From contig BCKQ01000007.1 of NCBI GenBank assembly GCA_001600695.1, positions 466,624-530,623 of the forward strand: a stretch of DNA of 64,000 nucleotides, given 5' to 3'. This document shows positions 1-10,839 of this stretch, in pieces. The position numbers and the translations under genes are program-made. This DNA is from Ascoidea asiatica JCM 7603 (lineage: Eukaryota > Fungi > Ascomycota). The notes under the pieces are model-generated. The model was not told the origin of the DNA. It saw only the letters and a program-made list of their open reading frames with translations, and did no database searches. How positions within the stretch are numbered: position 1 is the stretch's first letter; every line of letters begins with the position of its first letter.

Positions 1-958
1 ATTATTTTCATTATTCAATTCTGACTCAAAATCAATTTTTTCTTTATTTGACTGTAAATTTTCTGTCATTTTTGATTCACTTCTTTAGGGTATTGTATAT
101 TTATAAGTTAAACCAAATCGAAACAAGAAAAATAGAAAAAAGAAATGATAACTTCATATTGAAAAATCATAAAGAGCTTATATACATCTATTTATATCCC
201 TTCAAAGAAAAAAAAGAAAGAGAATGAACATTTTCAAATTATTGGTTTCAGTTTATATGTTTGTTACCTATTGTAAAAAAAAAAAAAAAAATAAAAGTCG
301 TCGCGATGAAAATAACTGTGGTGTTTCTTTTTATTTTCAGTCTCTATTTTCCAGTTTGGCTACAATAGTGGAATAGTCAAAAAATATCAAAAATTATCAA
401 AAATAATGAAAAATATCAAAAATGAAGTTATTTTTTTACTATTATTTTTCTTCCCGCTAAAACTTTCGGGGCGCCCGCATAAATCGGCCGATTTCCGGGG
501 CTTTTTTCACTCTTTTCTCGTCCATAAGCTCTTTAATAGCCCGAAAACGCTACAAATAATGCCTGAGTTTTATTCAATTAACAAATTTTCAGGGTCTGGT
601 GGAAACTGGTTATTGTGGCAGAAAGTTGAGCAAAGTCAGATGATTGTGGGTGATTTATAAAGTGAATTTGCAACAGGAAATTTATTGTCCTATTTTATTG
701 TATTTTATTTTATTCTATTCTATTATGTTATTTCGATGAGAATACTTCAATACGAATAATACGACTCCCCAAACTTTGTCCTGAGGTGAAGGGCATTTAT
801 TTCTAATAAAATGAAGGTTATAAGTGGAGCACTTGGCACTTACTGTTTTATTGTTCTTGAATTCTTTTCAGATCAGTGAATAAATAAAAATAACACACAT
901 ATTATTTTAGAGTTGAAAATTTTGTTAATTAATAACTAAATCTCAATCATTTACTAAA

Positions 959-1684
959 ATGTCTATAATAACTGAACGTCGTTCTGAGCTTGATAGATTT
1001 TTCATAGAATTAGAAGAAATCTATCCTAAAAATTCCACTGTGGAGAATCCATGGTATTTTATTACTGCCTTAGCATTCACAATTCAAAGAAAATTAGATA
1101 AATTAGTCTATTTAGTTAAATATGTGTTAGAAAAAGATGAAGGGAACTTAGAAAAACAAAGAAGAAGATATACTATCATTAGGGAATCAATTTTTAAAAC
1201 TGGTTGTTTATATGGAAATGCAGTAATGATAAATGCCTTAACTGCAGTTAATAAATCTATTGATAAAAAATATATCAATACTTCAAGATCAAGAGATGCA
1301 AATAGGTCAATTGAAAATTTAAAAAAAGATGGTGATAAATATTTTTATAATTTATATGGTGATACAGTTGAACAAACTTTTGCAATTTTAAGAAATGTTT
1401 ATCCAGATTATGAATATAGTGCAATTTCATTAATTTTTGGACCATTATTTGGTCATTTTAAAATTATAAATGAAATTGAAACTTCATATGCTATTTTTTC
1501 AACTTTTATAGCTTATAATTTACCTATACAAGCTGAATGGCATTTAAATGGTGCAATTAGAAATGGTGCAACCAAAGAAGAAGTTATGGCTGCGAGAAAA
1601 ATTGCAATAATTGCAAGTGATGCTAATGAAAATGATGTTCCAATACCAACTGTTACTGAAAGAAAATTGACTTCGAAATTATAA
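959..1684 (+). CDS. AhpD/carboxymuconolactone-decarboxylase-like protein (PXP2-like) with C-terminal PTS1
   Basis: 241-aa ORF; C-terminal region EIETS...PIQAEWHLNGAIRNGATKEEV fits the AhpD/CMD fold; ends in SKL. Confidence 0.7.
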   Translation: MSIITERRSELDRFFIELEEIYPKNSTVENPWYFITALAFTIQRKLDKLVYLVKYVLEKDEGNLEKQRRRYTIIRESIFKTGCLYGNAVMINALTAVNKSIDKKYINTSRSRDANRSIENLKKDGDKYFYNLYGDTVEQTFAILRNVYPDYEYSAISLIFGPLFGHFKIINEIETSYAIFSTFIAYNLPIQAEWHLNGAIRNGATKEEVMAARKIAIIASDANENDVPIPTVTERKLTSKL

Positions 1685-1732
1685 TTAATTTTCTTTTTAA
1701 ATTTTATATAACTATATATCTATTAATCTATT

Positions 1733-1844
1733 ATTAGTCAATTAGTCAATTAGTCAATTAGTCAATTAGTCAATTAGTCAATTAGTCAATTAGTCAATTA
1801 GTCAATTAGTCAATTAGTATATTAGTATATTAGTATATTAGTCT
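1733..1844. repeat. 8-bp tandem repeat: (ATTAGTCA)x10, (ATTAGTAT)x3, ATTAGTCT
   Basis: Read directly; lies between two convergent stop codons. Confidence 0.95.
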
Positions 1845-1916
1845 ATGTGTTTATGCGTCTATATTTGGGTATTTACTAATTATTTATATTAACTAATTCA
1901 ATTCAATCTTTTTTTA

Positions 1917-2846
1917 TTAAAATCTAGCTTTTGGTAATGGATAATAACCAAGTTTATTTAAAATTTCACCACCTTTTTTGAATTTATTTAATTGTTCTTG
2001 AGTTGCCCAAATCGGAGCCAATTTTTGAATACTCTGTTCAATTTCAGTTAATTCTCCATCATTTATTAACCATGTATTACCATTTAAATTTGAATCAGTA
2101 GTAATTTGTAAAATTGCACTTGCAACTTGCTCTGGAGTATTTTTTGGTCCACCATTTGAAATCCAATTATCACTTAATTCATTCATCATATAAGTTTTTG
2201 TAAAAGATGGAGCAATTGCATTTACTTTAAAATATTTGAATTTATTTGAATATGTTTGTAAAGTCCTTAAAACTCCAACAACTCCATGTTTTGCAGCTTT
2301 ATATGATAATTGTCCTAAACCACCAAAATATCCTGAGGTTGAAGCAATTAATGTAATTCTTTTATTACAAATACCTTCATTAAAATTTTTTGATTTTTTA
2401 AAATAATAAAGACTTAATTTAACTATATTCATAACACCTTTTAAATTTATATCTAATGGTTTATAATTTGGTTTTTCTAAATAATTTGTAGATTTATTTA
2501 TATTTTCATCTAAAAAATCTATAGATTCTAATATACCTGCAACTGGTATAACAACATCTAAAGAACCATAATTTTTAATTATATATTCAAATCCATTGAT
2601 TAATTGTTCCCAATTTAAAACGTCACAATATAAATATTTTATTTTCCTAGAAGAATATCTTTCAATTAACAATTTTTCATATTCTATTGAATCATTTTTT
2701 AATAAATCCATGAATATCACAATTGCACCATTCTTGAGTAATAATTCAACTAAAGCTTTTCCAATACCACTACCACCTCCAGTAACAAGAACAACTTGAT
2801 CTTTAATTCTGAAAAAATTTGAAGTATTTGATTGAATTGATGTCAT
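1917..2846 (-). CDS. Short-chain dehydrogenase/reductase with probable PTS1 variant (ARF)
   Basis: TGGGSGIG Rossmann motif, catalytic S...YKAAK, VNAIAP; ends PKARF. Confidence 0.9.
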   Translation of the reverse strand: MTSIQSNTSNFFRIKDQVVLVTGGGSGIGKALVELLLKNGAIVIFMDLLKNDSIEYEKLLIERYSSRKIKYLYCDVLNWEQLINGFEYIIKNYGSLDVVIPVAGILESIDFLDENINKSTNYLEKPNYKPLDINLKGVMNIVKLSLYYFKKSKNFNEGICNKRITLIASTSGYFGGLGQLSYKAAKHGVVGVLRTLQTYSNKFKYFKVNAIAPSFTKTYMMNELSDNWISNGGPKNTPEQVASAILQITTDSNLNGNTWLINDGELTEIEQSIQKLAPIWATQEQLNKFKKGGEILNKLGYYPLPKARF

Positions 2847-3868
2847 CTTGAATATTTTATAAAAATTATGACTTGAAAAAATATGTATTTCTTTTTTTTG
2901 GGTTTCCAGATTTATTTTTACCTTTGAGAATATAAAAAGAGAATATTTTCTGAAATAGCTATTTATTTATCAAAATATTGTCCTTCTTATTTTCGACTTA
3001 AATAATGAAGAAAATATGATTAGAGTCATTTCAAGATTCCATCTCATTGGCGATAAATTTGTTAATTCGAATTAATTTTACCGAGAAACAGCTGAAAAGA
3101 AAGGGTTTCTTCCCCTGACAATGAACTTTGAATTACTCTGAGGTTTATTCAAAGCTGTTTAAAATAAAGTGACTTGATATTACTTGTAATTATTCTAAAA
3201 TATTGTCATAAATCATGCTTTATTTCAAATTCCTCATTGGGAATTTTTTTTCTTTCTCAAATTCGTTTATTTTTTTAAAAAGTGTGGAGGTGAAAAATTC
3301 CCAAAACAAAGCAAAATCCCGCAAAGTTTCAAAGAAACCCGCAAAAAAAAAATCAAAAAATCAAAAAATCAGATCCAAAGTTCTGGTCTCAAAATAAAAC
3401 CCAATAATCTGGATTTTAAATATTTATCCAAGTGCATGGTCTCAAATATGCACGTGATTGTTTTTATTTTTTTATTTTTTTTTTCAAAAAAACTATTTGT
3501 ATTTTTAAAGGAAAGTGAGATTTTTATTGAAAAAATGATGATAAACAAATCTAAATCCTTTTGAGAAACTGAAATCATGAAATAAGTGAGATTCAGTTCT
3601 TTACAAGAGCTTCAATAATGATCTTTGAGATTTGCATTAAAAGGTGCTTTTTAAATTCCTTTTAACATGTTTTTTTTTCAAAAAAACCAAAGCCATTAAG
3701 CTATTCCGATAATTCTTTTACATTTCCGAAATGGGTTTTTATGTTCAATCAACTTCTTTTATTCAAGATTGAATAGTTGAATAAAAGTAATATTATTTGA
3801 GTATGTTCTGAAATAGTTATAAAATGCTAAATGACAATGAGTGGCTGGCAGAGTTTAAAGAGTGTGAA

Positions 3869-3875
3869 GGGTGCA
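3869..3875 (-). promoter_or_regulatory. Aft1/2-type iron-responsive element (TGCACCC) upstream of FET4
   Basis: GGGTGCA on + strand ~930 bp upstream of an iron permease; single 7-mer. Confidence 0.35.
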
Positions 3876-4805
3876 AAAAAAAAAAATTCTTTTATCCTCC
3901 ATTTTTTTCTTTGATTTCAAAAATATAACTATAATATTCTTAGTTATTCTTATTGAATTATTTCTACATGAATATTTTATTATTATAATAAGGCCATAAT
4001 CTGCTCAAAAGATGTCTATTTTTTTAATATTTAATAAAAATAAGAATAATTTATTGTTCTCAAGTTTGCTCGGGGTTTGAATTGATCCTTAATTTTTAAT
4101 ACTTCTCTAGAAGCATAAATAATATTATCTTCTTCAATTTATTATCTTTTTGATATTGATTTTTTCTGGAAATTTAAGCTCAAACCTAATTTAGTAAAAT
4201 AATCTCATTCAAACACTCTTTACTATATTTCAATGTTCTATACCCCCTATAAAAATTTCAATCTAATGGTAACAGTTACAAAATAATATTATATTTATAT
4301 ATTCACTGGTTAATTCCTTTTAGAAATATAAGGTTAAATTTCTCAAAGGATATTTTTAATAGTTTTCAGTAAATGCTACTTAAATTTTTTATCTAAATGA
4401 TCAATTCACTTAAAATATAAAAGTTATTCTCTCCAATTAAACGGCATTGCTGAATATAAAGAGAAAAGCGTTTATTTAAAAGAGTATAACTGTTTACTCA
4501 GAAGAATTTGTTTTTATCACTATGTTTAATATTCTTCAACTTGGGTTTGCATCTGGTTTTGAAAAGTATTTGCAAGAGCATCTGTAAAAACTTTAGATTG
4601 AATAGATAACAAGGGAAAATATTTATTTCAAAAAACTGAAAAAAAAGGTATAAATATGTATAGTATTTTCCCCCTTATTCAGTGTTTAAATTCTTAAATA
4701 TTTTTGATAAGAATCATTATTATTGAAGAAAGATAATTATCATTCAAATCTAGTTAACTTACAAATTTATTAACAATTTTTTCTTTAATACTTTTTAATA
4801 TCAAT

Positions 4806-6464
4806 ATGGACAAGGAAAATTTAAAATCAAAATCAAAATCTGCTGGTACGGTTCTTAATTCCTCTGCTTCTTCTTCAAATTCTTTTGAAGGTCAAGAAAT
4901 AGAAGCTGATAAAACAGGAAAAGATTACCATGGATGGGAAAAAGTTAGATATTATTTTAGATCTCCAGGAAGATCATATTCTACTGTTTCATCTTCTACT
5001 ATTATTACTGAAGACTATAAAAATTCTTTAGAAAAAGATTGTAATGGTGACCAAGCTTCCATTAATCATTCCTTAGTTAAAAACCTTTTAGTTCCAAAAT
5101 CAACAATATTTGGTAGAGCTTATGATCATATTACTAGTTGTGCTGGTAATTCACTTATATTTTTATTAACTGTGTTGGTTATTATTGTTTGGGCTATATT
5201 AGGTATTGTATACGAAGCTCCTGATAATTGGCAAATTGCCATGCAAGATGGTAGTTCAATTCAAGCATATTTATCCGATTCTTTGTTGATGAGACAACAA
5301 CAAAATCAAGTTAGAGATTTATTACAATTAATTGCAGAATTAAGATCAGGATCAATTACTTATTTAAAAATGTTCAAAGATAATTTATCTTTTTCAAAAT
5401 CAAAAGAATGCCAATTAACTAAGGATGAAATTGAAGAAATCAATAAAAAGGTCATATCTGAAGTTGGTGATGCAGAAAGTTTAAAAACTAATAATTGGTA
5501 TGATTCAATTTCAAATATTGCTTCGAAGATTTTTGGTTCAATTTATTGTGTTATTTTATATTGGATTGGAATTTTTATTTGGATTGGATTAGGTTCTTTA
5601 CCTTATTTGAAATTCAATGATACATGGCAACTATATATTAATACTGCAGTTGCAGTTGAAATTACTTTGGTTTCAATGTTTGTTCAAAATATTCGTCATA
5701 GACATAATATTTATGTTCAAAAATCAATTGCATTAGTAATAGCTACTGATTATGATGTTGAATATAAGCTTAGAAAATTAAGTGGATTTGAAATGCCTGG
5801 TGAAAGAGTTATTATAAATGGAATGAGTTTCACAAAAGGTGAAAGAGCTATTGAATATTATGCTGCAATTATTGGTACAGGTGTAGGTATTGTTATTAGT
5901 ATTGCTGTATTTGTAACATGGATTGCAATTGGTGAGAAAATGAACTTTTCAGATAATTGGTGGTTAATAATTGGTACATATACTGGATTAGTTGGTTTTA
6001 TTGATGGCTTTACATTAAGATCTTCCTATTATCGTTATTATAATTTTATTTATGAACAATTTAAAAAAGTTGAAAATGAAGATTGCAAATTATTAAACAC
6101 TTTAAATATCAAAGAAGAAGATAATAAGTATAAATTAATTACAGAACATATTCCAATGTCTAGTAGATCTTTCAATTATAGAGCAAGTGCTTTTGTTGGT
6201 AGAATTTTTTCTAGTACTTTAGCAGTAGGAATTTCAGTTTTAGTTGTTATTGCTTTAATTTGTATTGCAAGTGCAATGAAATGGGAAACAACTGCTCAAT
6301 TAATTTGTAATTCACCCACAATGATCATCGAAGGATTTTGTTTATTAGTTTTATTAGAAGGTCATAATCAAAACAATGCTCAATTAAGAGTTTATGTTCA
6401 TGATTGCTTACAAAGAAAATTATATTTGCAATATTACATCAATAAAATGACAAAACTGAATTAA
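4806..6464 (+). CDS. FET4: Low-affinity Fe(II)/metal permease
   Basis: Repeated iron-permease units: WQIAMQDGSSIQ, WQLYINTA, WWLIIGTYTGLVGFIDGF, QLICNSPTMIIEGF. Confidence 0.93.
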   Translation: MDKENLKSKSKSAGTVLNSSASSSNSFEGQEIEADKTGKDYHGWEKVRYYFRSPGRSYSTVSSSTIITEDYKNSLEKDCNGDQASINHSLVKNLLVPKSTIFGRAYDHITSCAGNSLIFLLTVLVIIVWAILGIVYEAPDNWQIAMQDGSSIQAYLSDSLLMRQQQNQVRDLLQLIAELRSGSITYLKMFKDNLSFSKSKECQLTKDEIEEINKKVISEVGDAESLKTNNWYDSISNIASKIFGSIYCVILYWIGIFIWIGLGSLPYLKFNDTWQLYINTAVAVEITLVSMFVQNIRHRHNIYVQKSIALVIATDYDVEYKLRKLSGFEMPGERVIINGMSFTKGERAIEYYAAIIGTGVGIVISIAVFVTWIAIGEKMNFSDNWWLIIGTYTGLVGFIDGFTLRSSYYRYYNFIYEQFKKVENEDCKLLNTLNIKEEDNKYKLITEHIPMSSRSFNYRASAFVGRIFSSTLAVGISVLVVIALICIASAMKWETTAQLICNSPTMIIEGFCLLVLLEGHNQNNAQLRVYVHDCLQRKLYLQYYINKMTKLN

Positions 6465-7024
6465 TTTCAACTTTTTTGCTCTATTAAATGAGCTTTTTAA
6501 TCAAATTTTCTTAATTTTTTTAATTTTTCATACTTTTCCTAGTTTTTAAATAAAAAATTTCAATAAGTTTGTTACTTATTTTTTGTTGCTGAATCTTTTT
6601 TTTACTTGACGTTCTTTTTAATGTTCTTTTTTCTTTAATTATTTTTATTTTTTTGTTTTCTAAAGCTTATTTAATAAATTAACTTTAATATCAGATCATT
6701 CATTTATAAGTAAAAACAAAAAAAAATATATTCATCTTTTTTGTTGTATTTTCATAAATAAATTCAAAATTACTTCAACGAAAATAACTTTAGCGAATTA
6801 TAATTAGTAGACATATTATTTACGAATTGCTTACTGTATTCACAAACAGTCTTCTTATCTATTGGCCTGGAGTCCTTGAAACTAAAAATCGGCCGTTTTT
6901 GCTTAAGTTGAGCTGTTTTCATGGGTTTATTTCTAGATTTTTACGATATAAACGATAAAATGTTAAAATAAAGTACTTTTATATAAAGTGAGAAATATAG
7001 AAACAATATTGAGTTTGTGTGAGT

Positions 7025-8187
7025 ATGAACAATAGTAGATATATTTTAAAAGAAACTAGAGATCCAGCAACAATACATTGGTGTCATTTACAATGTGGAG
7101 TTACATGGAAAGGTAAACTAAGTGAAGAAGCATTTGCTAATAGGGAGGATTATATTTCAAGCAAATGTGAAATTTATAAAATAAAAAGTAATGAAGATAA
7201 TAATTTAGCTGGATTATTTAGGTATATAATGGTGGATGTTAAGAAAAAAGATAAAATTGTTGGAGCATGTGAGTTATTGGTTAGAAATTATTATAAAATT
7301 GATTTAAATAATGAAGGAAAAGAAAATTTCAGAGAAATATTGTCACCATGTGTTGGGTTTGTTCATATTTTGCCAGAAGAAAGACAAAAGGGAGTTTGTG
7401 AAAATATGATTAGTCAATTGAATAAAATGATTGAGAATAAATATGGTAAGGAAAGTTTTTCGACTCTATATTCAGGAGTAGGCGACTATTATAAAAGAGT
7501 TGAATATGATTCAAAGAAAACTGGTTTAGTAATGATTAAACCATTTGAAGACTTCAAGGAAATCATTGATAATAAATATTTATCAAATGAAAAATATAAA
7601 ATAAGCTTGATTGATGATATAACTAGAGTTGAAAAACTAATCGAAATCGATATGGTAAGTCAAAAAAACTTGTTAAAAGAAGAGTTTGAAAGAGATTCAA
7701 TTACAAGAATTGCCTGCATTCCTGAAATAGAAACATATAAAGTACATTTTGAGAAAGAATTTTTCACAAATAAGTTTTTGAAAATCAACAGATCAAAAAT
7801 ATACGGATTGAAAATAGAAAATCTTTATACAAGAGAACTTTCAGGGTTTGTAATTTGGATATGTAATTTCATCCTGAATTACAAATTTTAAGATTATTTG
7901 TGAATGAAAAAAATTCGAATTTTAATAAAAAAGAGGAAATTTTCAGGAAATTAATAAATGAAACTAGAAAGTTTTCATATAAATTGGGAAATATAGATAT
8001 TATAAAACTATGGCAAAGTGAAATTCCTTCTGAAATATATGAATCAATACTAGACTGGTTCAAAATTGATTTGAAACTTGAAACAGATGCTGAAGGTGGT
8101 GAATTACCTGCTATAAGATTCAATGATAGATCATTGAAGAACCAGAAATTTAAATGGGAATATAATTAAAAATTCTGTTGGTTCTAA
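7025..8187 (+). pseudogene. GNAT/LYC1-like lysine acetyltransferase disrupted by a frameshift (~7868-7874) and a premature TAA (8167-8169)
   Basis: GNAT motif A VGFVHILPEERQKG and TLYSGVGDYY; frame shifts from WICNF to (H)PELQILRLF; C-terminus reads WEYN*KFCWF*, matching the family's W..NEK.CW ending. Confidence 0.65.
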
Positions 8188-8712
8188 GTTTGTAATTGTG
8201 TGATTGAAATATATCATAAACTAATCATCCAAGCCATTTGGTAATGATAATGAATACACTTCACAATACAAATAAATAACCGTAAAATAAAATCATTTTC
8301 CATACTCTCGGCAAATGACCTCGGTGACTGTACGCAGCCATGCGTTTTGGTGACTTGACTAGAGAGCAGGATATGTGTACCGCTTCTTAGTGCACCAACT
8401 AGGATTTTGCGGGGTCGAACTGAGTGATGGACTGGGCAGTTTCCAAAAAATGCCAATATTGCCTAATTTGGAAATTTAGACGGAAAACGGAAATCGAACA
8501 ATGGTTATCAATGCGGAAATCGACTGGGGGTGAGAAGAACTTCATCAAAGATAGAAGAAGAGATAAGTAAAAGTAAAAGATAAATGAGAGAGAGATAAAC
8601 AAGAGATTAAGAAGAAGAGAATTGAAGAACACAATTAGAGAATAACCAATTGCCAAATCAAATAAACTATCGCTTTCAAAAGAAAAGCAAAGAACTATTT
8701 TAAACAAACAGA

Positions 8713-10839
8713 ATGCAGAGTACATCTATTCCAATTCCCATTCAAGAAACGGTGGGTAATGAGATTCTTCTGAAAACAGATTTAGCTCCCTCAGATTCAT
8801 CAAATATTACATTTCCTTTAATTCAAACAAATAAAACAGATAAGTCTTTGGGAAACAACACAAATGGCTTTATGAATTTAAGGACTTCTATGCTTTCAGG
8901 ATTACCACCTCATATCTTGTCAAAAATTATAGAAAAGTTACCTTTAGATAAAGTTTACTTATTATCATTATCTCCATACACTGCAAAAATTTCAAATTCA
9001 AAATTATATAAAAATGTATTAATTTATAATAAAAATTATATCAATTTATTCACATTCTCAATAACTTATATAATTGAAAAGAAAATTGATAAGCTTTTAA
9101 TCATAGATTGCAATGATTTAAATCTTTTTAATTTCAATAATTTCATCTATATCAAAAATTTATTTTTTTTAATTCACTTAAAAATTAAATTAAATTTCGA
9201 AAGTTCAATGATGTCCAAGATTTTTAATAATTTACTCATTAATCAAAACTTAAATTTAACAATTGTTCAATATAATGAATATGATTTTATTTATAAAAGT
9301 TATAATGTTTATCAAAATTATGATAAATTCTTGGATTCTTTCAGTCAAATTTTAGATAACTTTAATTTAGCCAAAAATAATAATAATCATAATATTAATA
9401 ATAACAATCTTACTCCTCTTTCAATTCATTTTAAGAATATTGATTTATCTCCTATAAATAATTATGATAATTTATTTTCAAATAATTCAAATTTAACTGA
9501 AAATTTATTAAATTTAAATTTCAGTTATAGTAAATTAAATTGTTTATTAAATATAAATTTTAGACAAATTAATTCTTTGAATTTTTCAAATAATTATATC
9601 ACAAATTTGAATAATAATTTTTTACCAAATTTAAAAAATTTAAAATATCTTGATTTATCACATAATCAAATTGTTCATATGGAAGATTTAAATAACTTAA
9701 TTAATTTAGAACATCTTAATCTATCAAATAATTCAATTTCATTAATTAATAATATAAATAATTTAATTAATTTAAATCATTTAGATTTATCATTTAATAA
9801 AATTGATAATATTTTTGAAAATTCTTTAGGTTTCAATTTAGTTAATTTAAAATTTTTAGATTTATCCAATAATAGAATAAGAAAGTTTATTTTATATACA
9901 AATTTATTAAGAAAATTGAATTTTTTAAATTTATCAAATAATTTTTATATTTCAGATGAATCTTTAATTTATCTTAATGAACTATTCAACTTGAAGATAT
10001 TAAAACTATCAAATTTATCAATAAATGATTTGAATAATTTTAATATAGATAATCTAAAAAATTTAAACTTAATTGATCTATCAAATAATGACTTATCAGT
10101 TGGTAATTTATCTAGCAATTTAAATTTTTATGAAAAATTGTTTAAAATCAAGAATTTAAGTCATATTGATTTATCAAATAATTATAGATTGAAACTAAAT
10201 TTCAATGAACTAATTAAGTTAATTAAGTTCAATAAAAATTTAAAAATTTTAAAATTATCAAATGTCTGTTACTCAATTGAAGAATCAAATCAGAATAATT
10301 TAGATTTACATAATACTAAACCAATTTATACCAATTTACAATTACTATATTTAAATAATAATAAATTCAATAAAATTGAGAAAAATTTGTTTGATAATAA
10401 TATTTTTTTCACAAAATTAAATGAACTAGATTTATCATCAAACATTTATATTAAAAAACTAGAAAATTTAAATAAGTTAAGTAATCTCAAAAAACTAATA
10501 CTAAAAAATTTAACAATAAATAAAATTGAAAATTTGGACTTGGCTAATTTAATTTATTTAGATTTATCATCAAATAGAATTCATAAAATTGAAAATTTAA
10601 ATAATTTATCAAAATTATTAGTTTTAAATTTATCTGAAAATCATATTAATAAAATTGAAAATTTAAATAACCTAAAAAATTTGAAGATATTAAACTTGTC
10701 TTATAATCAAAATATAAAATTACTAGAAAACTTGAGTGGACTAACTCAATTGAAAAAGCTAATAATTAGAAATGGGTATAATAGTATTGAAAATATTAGA
10801 CAATGCTATGTTTCTTATAAATTTGAAATTAGTTGTTGA
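8713..10839 (+). CDS. Leucine-rich repeat protein (SDS22-type LRRs) with N-terminal F-box-like motif
   Basis: About 15-18 LxxLxLSxNxIxxIENL repeats; LSGLPPHILSKIIEKLP resembles an F-box. Confidence 0.8.
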   Translation: MQSTSIPIPIQETVGNEILLKTDLAPSDSSNITFPLIQTNKTDKSLGNNTNGFMNLRTSMLSGLPPHILSKIIEKLPLDKVYLLSLSPYTAKISNSKLYKNVLIYNKNYINLFTFSITYIIEKKIDKLLIIDCNDLNLFNFNNFIYIKNLFFLIHLKIKLNFESSMMSKIFNNLLINQNLNLTIVQYNEYDFIYKSYNVYQNYDKFLDSFSQILDNFNLAKNNNNHNINNNNLTPLSIHFKNIDLSPINNYDNLFSNNSNLTENLLNLNFSYSKLNCLLNINFRQINSLNFSNNYITNLNNNFLPNLKNLKYLDLSHNQIVHMEDLNNLINLEHLNLSNNSISLINNINNLINLNHLDLSFNKIDNIFENSLGFNLVNLKFLDLSNNRIRKFILYTNLLRKLNFLNLSNNFYISDESLIYLNELFNLKILKLSNLSINDLNNFNIDNLKNLNLIDLSNNDLSVGNLSSNLNFYEKLFKIKNLSHIDLSNNYRLKLNFNELIKLIKFNKNLKILKLSNVCYSIEESNQNNLDLHNTKPIYTNLQLLYLNNNKFNKIEKNLFDNNIFFTKLNELDLSSNIYIKKLENLNKLSNLKKLILKNLTINKIENLDLANLIYLDLSSNRIHKIENLNNLSKLLVLNLSENHINKIENLNNLKNLKILNLSYNQNIKLLENLSGLTQLKKLIIRNGYNSIENIRQCYVSYKFEISC

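Noticed and set aside
406-660. 84-aa ORF
   Set aside because: Spans a CGG-rich promoter patch; no protein features
1733-1844. CRISPR-like array
   Set aside because: Eukaryotic DNA; head-to-tail repeats with no spacers
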